A DNA stretch of 64,000 nt from NCBI GenBank assembly GCA_000004985.1, contig GG738920.1; one strand, written 5' to 3'. Shown here piece by piece: positions 37,901-45,911 of this stretch (position 1 is its first letter; each line of letters begins with the position of its first letter). The position numbers were made by a program, and so were the translations under genes. Source of the stretch: Naegleria gruberi. Its lineage: Eukaryota. Below the pieces are notes generated by a model. It was given only the letters and a program-made list of their open reading frames with translations. It was not told where the DNA came from and ran no database searches.

Positions 37901-37913
37901 TTATTATTATCAT
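31983..37913 (-). CDS. alpha-2-macroglobulin / thioester-containing protein (A2M/TEP/CD109 family), about 1976 aa
   Basis: One uninterrupted ORF. The first in-frame ATG is at 37911-37913 (MIIIIGKFYLIIVLIREKSLKA, signal-peptide-like). The thioester-domain signature LYLYNYPFACSEQISSRLLSILAL (codons at + 33492..33503) aligns with A2M PYGCGEQNM. RQYPNGGFSYWS lies downstream, as does TCHVGHSLARARLAGY, which matches LTAFV...A. VRSNFNPLAIFSP matches the FPETWLW segment that follows the bait region. The C-terminal MG8/RBD-like region contains GRLYYRIGMEY. A poly-Cys low-complexity insert NCCRFARACSSCANCCFEDCMNECCCCDDLCCQCACCGDGCVGGFGGGG sits at about + 34205..34370, at the bait-region position. Confidence 0.75.
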   Translation of the reverse strand: MIIIIGKFYLIIVLIREKSLKAPITAEINSVPFPPEISLEKPKELIEEEAKLLGSDLSVLRYSPEGVLDRSVPSVTITFSQPMVPVSGVAEVESHNIPVEISPLPKKGGKFKWLGTKTLIYEANYRFDMSTKYTVTVKKGTKSEIGGTLKEDLTFSFETPRLYVKQFFPNQQAHPLNEVPIYYCEFDQEINPSEVIKFITIDNQSANLIHDGKSSNPLVEEHIVKVLKDYELEKRDRSIHSFYEQKLKHAPDGRHLWFTTSHKLGLSSQVVVKSGVTGSEGPLPTQKDVSNQVKNYPAFKFERKHGGELPMQAFGLNFTTNIDLEKLTESMVTVSPPVERMELNPYGCTISVSGKIKGRTTYKVFLKNLVDVWGQILPDTTVEFTVKSARQSLQAFKTGVIVLDPTLNPTPTYPIVTVNLDSVHLSVYQVQPNMYSSSILHHNTYSTIQYPGKLVCDSVISTKGEIDEPVETEINLHSYLQYPSENIGQLLVIVEPEKSSWKGEWNQRPGFTSWIQATKISVDCVFDTSSSSVYYWVNSLLDGSIIKDNVTFKFNNHSPNTPNSSTGIGCIRNIGHEQQYGAYVKAIATQGQDTCFIPDIYHYYNPYQPQTVACMFNDRGLYKPNETVSIKGYVRNFNLIDNVEKIEIPKTSSTFTVLDARGQKYHSGNVTLSEDGTFDIQFKVPDNANLGSHSISLDGFSAFHQFQVQEFRTPEFKSKSSVPAGNYIVGGSALCTTNATYYSGGGISGAKCSYSIKQTSSSYVPPNQSSYNFGGSSVANYLFPSGSALDVTSFEGTTDVNGEHQVAIAFDESDRLVKTPVTISVEATVQDINRQTISSSTSFLVHPCKYYCGIKLSKQFAKPNIPITASLIVSDIDGKLVSGIPMKLKVTTNVQVKKGYKFVSETIEIVDEVFTSGKEAVDVPLKFGNGGIYYFSVDIVDSETGQTNNSSTSLYITGASVREQKLGKNITKKQLTLLPDKTEYQIGEKAKILIQSPFETRCEGVLFTRLHGIHSQHPIQIDGEPGYIEFELDITSDHIPNIFVSAEVTGCESRVDAIGNVLEDLPKQPAFASGECMIKVSKISRTLSVESKPEREYLTPGSETSIDVIVKDPITGKPLEGCEVCIIAVDEAVLSLTGHTIANPLDTFVREYSSYYQTYSIRNNVFVKSYDGIVFQEELPLMRSPTNCCRFARACSSCANCCFEDCMNECCCCDDLCCQCACCGDGCVGGFGGGGAKLSKQPKIVVRSNFNPLAIFSPTNKTNSEGVASVKFKLPDNLTKYRITAVAVKGDWNFGIHESSMIAQLPLSIRPSLPRFLNFGDRAEFTCVLQNQTQLSLEVHAAINFTNLNLLDTSKKGLKIRIPALGRAELRFPMTTDRVGVARFQVGVSIATSGVNFSDAVEKEIRVFTPATTEAFATYGEMDGDSSVFQPVKAPQDVFTQFGGLKISTSSTALSSLTDSFLYLYNYPFACSEQISSRLLSILALKDILLAFKLQELPTKENLDENINQGLRQLSTRQYPNGGFSYWSFNGVDHRISPYVTCHVGHSLARARLAGYSVNESTLSKLVPVLRSIESYCENYSEETIKSLKAYAYYALALLDDSEAKNLAEKLYQTYKLSGNFEHLAWLATAIYLSNNKRATTSVNQIIEHLNKHVNETAQTANFITSYGDAMATKHVMLHSNRRTDGICLEALINITPQNYIIPKIVKGLLAHRKKGRWENTQENVFILLSLNTYFNVFEGVTPDFVANMWLGEDYCGEQVFKGRSKDENQLSIPMSLLENGQKTLAISKHGPGRLYYRIGMEYAPKNLLVDALDYGFEVQRTYEHVTDSSHVTFDRERNTWRFKAGELVRIKLTMTNTSRRYHVALVDFLPAGLEPINPELKGTPDIATVSGSGTNSRSNGWWCWWFNPIWYEHHNIRDERVEAFSSLLWEGTHEFTYIARATSIGSFVIPGVKAEEMYTPEIFGRSATEFAEVFE

Positions 37914-37924
37914 GATGTTAATCG

Positions 37925-38218
37925 TCACACAAAATTTAAAAACACAAACCTCATGAAGAAATCCTTTTGATCACCACCTTCTGATTTTACATTCGGAAGT
38001 CTACTCAGTAATCTCTGAGTTTCCTCCTCTGACAAACCCTCAATGGTTGCCGATAAATTGCTACTTGATTCATTGCTACAACTCTTTCCTTCCATCATGA
38101 TCAATGATCGGGTTGTATCCTCTGCAGTAGGCTCTCTAACACTCAACTTTAATGCACCACCCAATGATGCACTTTCAAGTTCATTGTCAAGCAATTGCTC
38201 GAGATCATATCTAACCAT
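37925..38218 (-). CDS. small acidic Ser-rich ORF (97 aa); either a separate gene or a 5' exon of the A2M/TEP gene
   Basis: Real ATG at 38216-38218. The ORF stops 1 nt before the tool start of the A2M ORF. ...DQKDFFM|R is followed by GTTTGT, and a TAG acceptor at about 37846 (cattag|AGAAAAATCATTGAAGGCACCA) would join it in frame to ...EKSLKAPITAEIN of the A2M ORF, giving an intron of about 85 nt. Confidence 0.25.
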   Translation of the reverse strand: MVRYDLEQLLDNELESASLGGALKLSVREPTAEDTTRSLIMMEGKSCSNESSSNLSATIEGLSEEETQRLLSRLPNVKSEGGDQKDFFMRFVFLNFV

Positions 38219-38439
38219 TTTTTTCTGATGATTTTTGTTTAAAAAATTAAGCTAGCAGCTTTTTAACAATTTTCTTGCAAGATCTCTGAACTCATTGTTA
38301 CCAGAACTGTTGAGGGGTTCAACGAAAAGGAAGTGACGAAGCGTTGGCCAATATGATTGGATATTCCGATAATTTTGAGAGGTTACCTTTGGATACATGC
38401 TATGGTTGAAGGAAACACTGTTAAAAAAGTATGAATCAT

Positions 38440-39861
38440 CTATTTAATTGAGATATATAGGAGTGTGGTGAATGACAGCAAGATGAAAGCTAATCCAATT
38501 AATTTTCTCAATCCTTTTGTATTATCAAGAGAAGGTGTTGACAACTTGGTATTAGTTTCGGCTAATGGAGTAGTGGATACTTCTTTGATTTCCTTTGGAT
38601 GCTCCTCTTGTTCAATAATATTATTATCCCAAATTAGAAGATCCGTTAATTGTTTCATTTCTTTGATATATTTGGCTCCTTGGTTGCCAATAATATTAAC
38701 ACTAATATCAAGTGCGTTTAATTGTGACATTTCACTTATGTATTTGGCTCCTTTCTCATCAATGTGATTTTCACTTATATCGAGCTCAGTTAATTTCTCG
38801 AGTTTGGATATATATTTGGCTCCCTCTCCCCTAATATTATTTTTCCATAAAGTGAGAATTGTTAATTGTTTCATATTACCAATGTATTTGGCTCCTTCCT
38901 CTCCAATATTATTGTCACTAACATCAAGATTAGTTAATTGTTTCATCTCAGAAATGTATTTTGCTCCATTGTCACCAATATTATTGCTACTGATATCGAT
39001 TTCAGTTAGTTTATCAAGGCCAGTTAAGAATTTGACTCCTTCTGCTGTTAATTCATTCCTCCAAATGTTAATACCAGTCAATTGTTTCATTTTTCCTAAG
39101 AATTTGGCCCCCTCATCTCCTATATTATTGTCATGAATTCGTAGATAGGTTAATTGATTCATACCACTAATATATTTGGTACTATCATCATATAGCATAT
39201 TACTACTGATATTAAGATCAGTCAATTTATCCAGTTTGGAAATGTGTTTGATACCTTCTGAGCTAATACCACAATAAAAGATACAAAGATCTAACAATTG
39301 TGTCATTTCTCCTATGAGTTTGGCTCCCTCATCTCCAATACTATTTTGCCCAATATTAAGATGGGTCAATTGCTTCATTTCAACAATGTACTTTACCCCA
39401 TCCAATCCAATATTATTTTCACTAACATTAAGATGAGTCAATTGTTTCATTCCACTAATATATTTTACTCCTTCATTTCCAATATTATTACCCAACATAT
39501 TGAGAATAGCCAAATACTGCATTTCACTTATGTATTTAGCTCCCTCCTCATCGATATTATTTCCATCAATATCCAATTGAGTTAATTGTTTCAGCAAACC
39601 AAGTTTTTTACAATCAAAAAGAGGATCACTTTGCTCTACTTGTAGAGTTGTAACACGTTCCAATAATTGGCCTTGTATTTTCTGGTAACTTTTAATGGAT
39701 AGTGAAAGTTTTGATCTTTCCGATATGACCTTGAACCACTGTTTCGAAACCAATACACAATTGAGTACTATGGACATGTTTACAAATGTTAAATCTTCGT
39801 GAAGGAAAGAAAATATTTCCTCTAGAATGTCATCAGGAAAGTAGACTTGCAGTTTATTCAT
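38440..39861 (-). CDS. F-box / leucine-rich-repeat protein (RNI-like LRRs) with a C-terminal hydrophobic tail anchor
   Basis: ATG at 39859-39861 (MNKLQVYFPDDILEEIFSFLHEDLTFVNMSIVLNCVLVSKQWFKVI, an F-box consensus LPDEIL..IF..L...CK.W). About 13 tandem 24-25-aa repeats of the form MKQLT.L.IS.NNIG..GAKYISE follow. The protein ends GLRKLIGLAFILLSFTTLLYISIK and the stop is TAA. Confidence 0.6.
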   Translation of the reverse strand: MNKLQVYFPDDILEEIFSFLHEDLTFVNMSIVLNCVLVSKQWFKVISERSKLSLSIKSYQKIQGQLLERVTTLQVEQSDPLFDCKKLGLLKQLTQLDIDGNNIDEEGAKYISEMQYLAILNMLGNNIGNEGVKYISGMKQLTHLNVSENNIGLDGVKYIVEMKQLTHLNIGQNSIGDEGAKLIGEMTQLLDLCIFYCGISSEGIKHISKLDKLTDLNISSNMLYDDSTKYISGMNQLTYLRIHDNNIGDEGAKFLGKMKQLTGINIWRNELTAEGVKFLTGLDKLTEIDISSNNIGDNGAKYISEMKQLTNLDVSDNNIGEEGAKYIGNMKQLTILTLWKNNIRGEGAKYISKLEKLTELDISENHIDEKGAKYISEMSQLNALDISVNIIGNQGAKYIKEMKQLTDLLIWDNNIIEQEEHPKEIKEVSTTPLAETNTKLSTPSLDNTKGLRKLIGLAFILLSFTTLLYISIK

Positions 39862-40000
39862 TTTTTTAATAATAAAATTAATAGTTTCTGTTAAATATAT
39901 AATCAAATTAGAATATGCACCGTTGTAATATATTGTTCTGCCAAATTCCACCAATGTTAAATAATTAATGAGTCAATTTCGATGGAATTGTTCTTAATTA

Positions 40001-40327
40001 CTAATCAAAAACTTGTCTAGAATTATAAAATCCATCTTTTGGATGATTTCTATGCCATTTCTTATGATTCGTATCCGTTGAGTTTCTCTTTCTAATATCC
40101 TTCATTTGATTCTTTAGTAGGGTTTCGTATTTAAGAGCAGAAATTAGCTCCAATCTTTGATATCGATCAGCATTATTGTAATTATCAAATTGTGACACTT
40201 TGGATTGTTCATTGGTGATTAGAAATTTGTGCTTTCCTCCCTTGTATTTGTGTTCAGTGTTGATTTTTTCAACTTTTGGAGTTGTGTGGTATCTGACCTT
40301 TCCTGTTCTAAAGTGTCTTTTTGGCAT
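40001..40327 (-). CDS. small basic hypothetical protein (108 aa)
   Basis: Real ATG at 40325-40327. It is Lys/Arg/His-rich. No domain is recognised. Confidence 0.35.
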   Translation of the reverse strand: MPKRHFRTGKVRYHTTPKVEKINTEHKYKGGKHKFLITNEQSKVSQFDNYNNADRYQRLELISALKYETLLKNQMKDIRKRNSTDTNHKKWHRNHPKDGFYNSRQVFD

Positions 40328-40733
40328 TTTTTGAGTTTTAAAACAACAGTATTCGATAGTTCACTAAAATATTATTATAATAATATTTTAATAATAAGAG
40401 CAAGGAACTTGGAACTAGCTTTAATTTTATCAAAATCTAAATTAATTGTTGTTACTATTATGCTTCCATTTATTATTGTATCAACGTAGTTTTACTGACC
40501 TTTTTTGCAAGTTTCGTCTCACTAGAATCACGAGTAAGGACATTTTTCCATTCCCCAGTGATCATATGAATGGAATGTTATGACCTCTAAACTACCTTTA
40601 CATTATTGTAAAGAATATTAAGGCCATTTGACAAAGCTCCTTTTAGACAAAAGAAACTTCATTTTCCCTCCAAAAGTCTACAAATATTTGGCGCCAAAAT
40701 CAAAAAATTCAATCACAAAAAAATACATGAACT

Positions 40734-43127
40734 ATGAATGAGACACTTGATAGTAGCAGCAACAATCTCCTCTTTAATCGTGAATATACTTCGAGGTCAA
40801 ATGTTGGGAGGCCAACATTTAGTTTAAGGGACTCTATGAATAGGGAATGTCTAGGATCATCCAATGTTGTGCCAACAACTCAAAAACAAACATCTTCTTC
40901 CGAGAGAGTTTATGGAGCAACATTTACTCCCTTCCCAACAAGAGAAAATATTCCTCCACGTTCCGATGATGCTGTCCTTAGAAAGAGTTATACATTTGAT
41001 GACAAGATGAGTGGCTTCCGAGAAAAAATCGACAATAGTCACTATAGCACATCTTTGGGGTGGAAGAGAAGAGCCGAGAAGGATGCAGAATGTTGCAAGA
41101 ACTGTCATTTATGTACTCAAACTCTTACAACAGATAAATGGGCCTTAACCAAACAAGAACGACAACTAAGGCCAGACTCATCAACAAGAGAACCAATGGA
41201 AGGTTATTATCCAAGTAATGATGGAAAGCAATATAGACCATATTCTCCAGACACAAAGTCAATGATGCAGAAATTAGTTGGCTACAAGGAGAATCCACAA
41301 GATCCTTCATTACCAATGTATAAATCAGCTCATTCACATCAAACTCCATCTGTGGATTATTATATGAATCAACCAAAGATTGAAACAAACTCTAGGCAAT
41401 CACAACCTAACACATACCCTAAGAATCCAAGTAAGATGCAGCCTTATAATACAAATACGATCTATCTAAGTAACAACCCCATCTCAGTCAAAAGTGTGAC
41501 ACTAAATACCAGATACGATCCAGCCTCAAGGTATAATCAAAATCCAGATGAGCCAAATAATTTCTTTCAAAGAGTTAGAATGGGTAGAATGTATTCTGAT
41601 TCTACTCCTTGGGAATACTATTTACATTATAATGAAGACGATGATGAAAAGAAGGACATGTATGATATGATTAGACAAAGATGTGCAGAATATGCCAAAA
41701 ATCAAACCAAAAAGGAAGATAGAAAAAGTAGAATATGTATGGAAACTTCAGAATTTAAAAATATTGTGGAAAAGCTCACAAGAAAGGAAACTAGCTCAGT
41801 GGAGACACAGACAGCAATCGATGAAAATAATAAGGAAAATGAAAACGATTATTCTAGAAATGCAATACAATCGAATAATACATCTGATTCTACAAGAACT
41901 AAAAAGTCAGACAAACAATCAGTCAATCAACAATCAAACAATCAATCAAATGGTAATGAAGAAGCAAATATTTATCTTCAAAATTCATCTGAGCAAAAGA
42001 AAACAAAATCTAAGCCAACTAAAAAGAAAGTATCCAATAATTCTACGACTCTCTCAACAACCTCAACAACTTCATCCAAATCCTCTAATAGTAGTGGCAG
42101 TTCAACATCCAATAGAGTACTCTCCATAACAAATGGTCCTCCTAGCACCAACAATAGAGTTATTGACGGTCTACCTGTTAACAGTCCTGCCAAAAAGCAA
42201 GATACACCAAAAGGTGTACCTGGTTTTACGCCACCTAAAAAGTCAGAAGTTTTTAATAAGATTGTCACAAATATGACCTCCAATAATAAGAAAAAGGTGA
42301 ACTCAAAGAAGAAAAAGAAGTCTCTAAATATTGAACCAAGGAAGAGTGTCTCTCAAAATACTACCTCAACTTCATCCTTCATAATATCAGACAAGACCAA
42401 ATCAACAACAACCTCTCCCTCCATAATCAACAAACCTGACAAGAAATTTAAAAAGACAATGAAAAGAATGGAAGATACAAAGAAAAAGGCAGAGTGGCTG
42501 GATAAGTACATTGCCCTGCTTTCTAGTCCAGAAAAATCAAGTGTTAAGAAGCGATTGGAAAGCTCCAGCAGACACACCTCTCCAAAGAAATCTGAAAGCT
42601 CACAAATCACCTTGCAAACCTCTTCTGATTGTGAAGATAATTCTACTCCATACTCCATTGACTTTGATGATGTTTACACTGGGTTGCCATCAACAGTGTC
42701 AACAGCGATAGCAACCTCAAAGTCTGTGCAAAAATGCTTTGATTCTGTTCTGAATTACTTTGAAAAGTCTAAATACAAATCAGACTCGTCCACGGAAGAG
42801 GACAATTTGGATGAAGAATTGGATGATAATGTAAGCCTTTCATCAATGACATCTGAATTGGAAATATCTGTAAAATATAACATTGGCAGCTACTCGAGTG
42901 ATGAAGAGGATGAAGAACAACTTTCAAGTGACGATGAGGAATGTAGTTTATTGAATGAGTTTACTCCAAATACTTCTTACCTTGTTGATAATATGAACGA
43001 AACTTCAGCAAGCATTTCAATGGATACCTCGCTGAACACTGTTTCGATCGGTTCAGAACAAGAGTTTGAGTGTAGCTCTTTGGATGATATTTCACGAGAT
43101 TTTAACATTTCAAATATGTCAATATAA
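40734..43127 (+). CDS. hypothetical 797-aa Ser/Thr/Asn/Lys-rich low-complexity protein with an acidic C-terminus
   Basis: Real ATG at 40734 and a TAA stop. Long S/T/N tracts, K-rich blocks and an acidic DEE-rich C-terminus are present. No domain is recognised. Confidence 0.45.
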   Translation: MNETLDSSSNNLLFNREYTSRSNVGRPTFSLRDSMNRECLGSSNVVPTTQKQTSSSERVYGATFTPFPTRENIPPRSDDAVLRKSYTFDDKMSGFREKIDNSHYSTSLGWKRRAEKDAECCKNCHLCTQTLTTDKWALTKQERQLRPDSSTREPMEGYYPSNDGKQYRPYSPDTKSMMQKLVGYKENPQDPSLPMYKSAHSHQTPSVDYYMNQPKIETNSRQSQPNTYPKNPSKMQPYNTNTIYLSNNPISVKSVTLNTRYDPASRYNQNPDEPNNFFQRVRMGRMYSDSTPWEYYLHYNEDDDEKKDMYDMIRQRCAEYAKNQTKKEDRKSRICMETSEFKNIVEKLTRKETSSVETQTAIDENNKENENDYSRNAIQSNNTSDSTRTKKSDKQSVNQQSNNQSNGNEEANIYLQNSSEQKKTKSKPTKKKVSNNSTTLSTTSTTSSKSSNSSGSSTSNRVLSITNGPPSTNNRVIDGLPVNSPAKKQDTPKGVPGFTPPKKSEVFNKIVTNMTSNNKKKVNSKKKKKSLNIEPRKSVSQNTTSTSSFIISDKTKSTTTSPSIINKPDKKFKKTMKRMEDTKKKAEWLDKYIALLSSPEKSSVKKRLESSSRHTSPKKSESSQITLQTSSDCEDNSTPYSIDFDDVYTGLPSTVSTAIATSKSVQKCFDSVLNYFEKSKYKSDSSTEEDNLDEELDDNVSLSSMTSELEISVKYNIGSYSSDEEDEEQLSSDDEECSLLNEFTPNTSYLVDNMNETSASISMDTSLNTVSIGSEQEFECSSLDDISRDFNISNMSI

Positions 43128-43139
43128 ACATGATTATTT

Positions 43140-45911
43140 TTATTCTAAAATTTCAGAAGGAAGATTGTCTCCAACTCTAATTGAGAAGTTTTCAGAGCCA
43201 TGTTTAACACGATTTTCTTTTGCGCCATAGCTACTATCAGTTGCACTAAAGCTTGATGAAGCTGGTTGTTTGAATTCTACAATGAAATGGAAATCTCTTA
43301 CTTGGATATGGACATACTCAATAACATTTTGGTGAATATATTCTCGCATTGATATCTTAGTTTCATCACTCTTATTATTAATGTAGAGATAAACTTTTGG
43401 TGGAGTTCCTGCACTAAAAGCAAGATAAATGAGTATCTTGGTGAAAATCTTAAAATTGATATCACTAGAAAGTAAAGTACCAAAATCAGGCTTTGACAAC
43501 AGATACTTGAAGGTAGTGAAAATAATAAACTTGTAAAGTTCTTGTGATGACATTTGCTTTCCATGAATATTTTCATTATTATCATAGAATGGTTTCCACA
43601 ATTTTACACTAAATAACTCTTCATATCTGGCCATTTCTGAATCATACCATTCACGTGAGCAGAAAGGCATAGGTGTATGAATTAAAGATGAATCCTTATT
43701 TTCTGGGCTATAGATAGATGATGGGAAGACTGTTGTTTGCTTGAGATCTGTCAACTCACGCTTTGTTATAAGACAGTAATTAAGCACTTTAGGAGCATTA
43801 TGTAACAAGTAGTGGAATGACCTGATTAATTTCACATCATTCAATTCGACCTCCTTCTTTCTGATGACTGTTGCGTAATCACCAAGAATACCAACCTTTT
43901 GGAAATAGCTTTGCATATCCTTCAAACAGAGGTAATGTAATTTGACTTCCAATGATTCATCCTTAACAATGGTATTTGCAACAAGAGAGTTGATAAAGTT
44001 GGTCATTTCGTCATTAGGTGTCAAATTCTTTACAAGCTCAGAGGCAGCATGAGCTCTTCTATGTAATACCTTATCGAGTAATGTTGATTCGTTCTTGTCT
44101 GCAATGACAGTTGACAAATCATTAAAAGCTTGATAAAAATTACCAAGTTTGATTAAACAAAGAGCTCTATTTGATAACACTCTTGAATCATTTGGATAAC
44201 GTTTGGTTGCAGTATTGTAGCATTCGCGAGCTTCCTCGAATTTCTTTTCTCTGAAAAGGTCATTACCAGCTTCTGTGTACATATGGCCATAGTCCAATTC
44301 AACAAATTCATTACCATTAATGAAGAGGGTTACTGGTTTTTGGAGAGTAATTTTTTCAAAGATTGAAAGTTTTGTTGAAAGTGGAATAATTTTTTGTCTT
44401 TCTCCGAGTGTCTTTTTGAAACAGACTGTTGTGATAGGCATGGTGGAATGATCGGAAATTAATTCAATCAATCTCTTGAGGTCATATTTGGCTCCAACCT
44501 TGAATAGGCATTGCTTTGATGGTGGTTCTGTCTTACTTGTGTAGGAACTATTTTCATCGAAAGTCAGTGCTATTTGATAACTAGATACCTCACCAACATT
44601 CTTTGGGTTGATGCAAATCAAGTGTCTAAAGGCAATCTCTTCAGAAAAGAGTCTTGTTGTTTTGGTATTTACATGAGAGGAAGTGTTTTGTTCTGCTACT
44701 GATGCAACAGAATTACCAGTGTTGGTAGGGGAGGTTGGTTCACTAGTTGTTGTTGGTGCAGAATTTACACCTGGAACTTGTTGGAGTCTTTTGGAATTTT
44801 GGGAAGTAAGTGTTGGATGATCGGATGATTCACTTCCTTCAGTTGCACTTTGGATTGGCATTGTGTTCAATAAATTATTTTCTGATGATGTTTTTTGTTG
44901 TACTTGTTGCTGATCAAAAGCAGTAATATTATTATTATTAGATGATTGATCTGATAAATCAACAATGTCTTCTTCTTCGATAGAGATGGATCTCTTTTGT
45001 TTCCTTGAATCGTTAACAATTGGTGTCGAATTGCTTCTATCAAGCCAGTCAGTACTATTCGAGTCGCGACTATTTGTTATATCTTGCTGCTGCTCTGTTA
45101 GTGGTCGTTGTTCTTCTTCTCTACGAGTCTCTTTAGCTGCGTGGAGGTTATTCTTTTTGTTGGAATTATTTTTAAAATTATTTTTCTTCTTCTCATGTTC
45201 TTCATCACCAAAACAACTTGATGAATAATCATTCGAGTTCTTGGTTTCACTTTTGGGATAGAGAAGGGTCGAGTAACCTTCGGGATAGAGTTTGGTCGAT
45301 AAACCAGTTGGATAGTCATCGCGCATGGTGTGGGATGAAGAAGGTGTAATTTGAGAAGCAAGCTGGGCTGAAAATTCTTCCAAAGTGATTGTTGGTTGAT
45401 GAACTTCAGCTTGGAAGGCTCGTGGTACATCAGAGTTTAAATCATAATTTGTGCACATAACACTATCACCATCATTGAGAGAGTTTTGAAGGGCTCTTGC
45501 GTATTGTTCATCGAAATCATCCTGATTATTATATGCAAAAGTATGTTCTACTGAGACGAAAGGAGTATGCCAATCATGATCACGATCTTCTGGGCCAAAT
45601 ATGCTTGGAGAGAGAGGTCGCTTGTAGCGATTATTACCATTAATCCTGTCAGTATTATTGCTTGATGATGTTGATCCGTTATTATTGTGATGTTGATCAT
45701 CATTTGCATTGGTAAACTTTAACATTTCGGATGTGTAATTGATGTTCTGCTGTGATGATTCTGTTGTTGATAACAATTCATTGGATGTTTTAGCCTTTTT
45801 ACTAGCAGTACTATTATCATGATCCTCTTCGCAATCACTAATTCGTTCAGCGAGTTCACCTTCACAATAATCATATTTGCTTATGAAATCATATAGACTT
45901 CTCTTTGACAT
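43140..45911 (-). CDS. TPR-repeat-containing protein (923 aa)
   Basis: Real ATG at 45909-45911 (MSKRSLYDF). TPR-like repeats lie in the C-terminal third (AGNDLFREKKFEEARECYNTATKRYPNDSRVLSNRALCLIKLGNFYQAFNDL). The N-terminal half is low-complexity Ser/Asn/Gln-rich. The stop lies 12 nt from the stop of the convergent gene at 40734..43127. Confidence 0.55.
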   Translation of the reverse strand: MSKRSLYDFISKYDYCEGELAERISDCEEDHDNSTASKKAKTSNELLSTTESSQQNINYTSEMLKFTNANDDQHHNNNGSTSSSNNTDRINGNNRYKRPLSPSIFGPEDRDHDWHTPFVSVEHTFAYNNQDDFDEQYARALQNSLNDGDSVMCTNYDLNSDVPRAFQAEVHQPTITLEEFSAQLASQITPSSSHTMRDDYPTGLSTKLYPEGYSTLLYPKSETKNSNDYSSSCFGDEEHEKKKNNFKNNSNKKNNLHAAKETRREEEQRPLTEQQQDITNSRDSNSTDWLDRSNSTPIVNDSRKQKRSISIEEEDIVDLSDQSSNNNNITAFDQQQVQQKTSSENNLLNTMPIQSATEGSESSDHPTLTSQNSKRLQQVPGVNSAPTTTSEPTSPTNTGNSVASVAEQNTSSHVNTKTTRLFSEEIAFRHLICINPKNVGEVSSYQIALTFDENSSYTSKTEPPSKQCLFKVGAKYDLKRLIELISDHSTMPITTVCFKKTLGERQKIIPLSTKLSIFEKITLQKPVTLFINGNEFVELDYGHMYTEAGNDLFREKKFEEARECYNTATKRYPNDSRVLSNRALCLIKLGNFYQAFNDLSTVIADKNESTLLDKVLHRRAHAASELVKNLTPNDEMTNFINSLVANTIVKDESLEVKLHYLCLKDMQSYFQKVGILGDYATVIRKKEVELNDVKLIRSFHYLLHNAPKVLNYCLITKRELTDLKQTTVFPSSIYSPENKDSSLIHTPMPFCSREWYDSEMARYEELFSVKLWKPFYDNNENIHGKQMSSQELYKFIIFTTFKYLLSKPDFGTLLSSDINFKIFTKILIYLAFSAGTPPKVYLYINNKSDETKISMREYIHQNVIEYVHIQVRDFHFIVEFKQPASSSFSATDSSYGAKENRVKHGSENFSIRVGDNLPSEILE

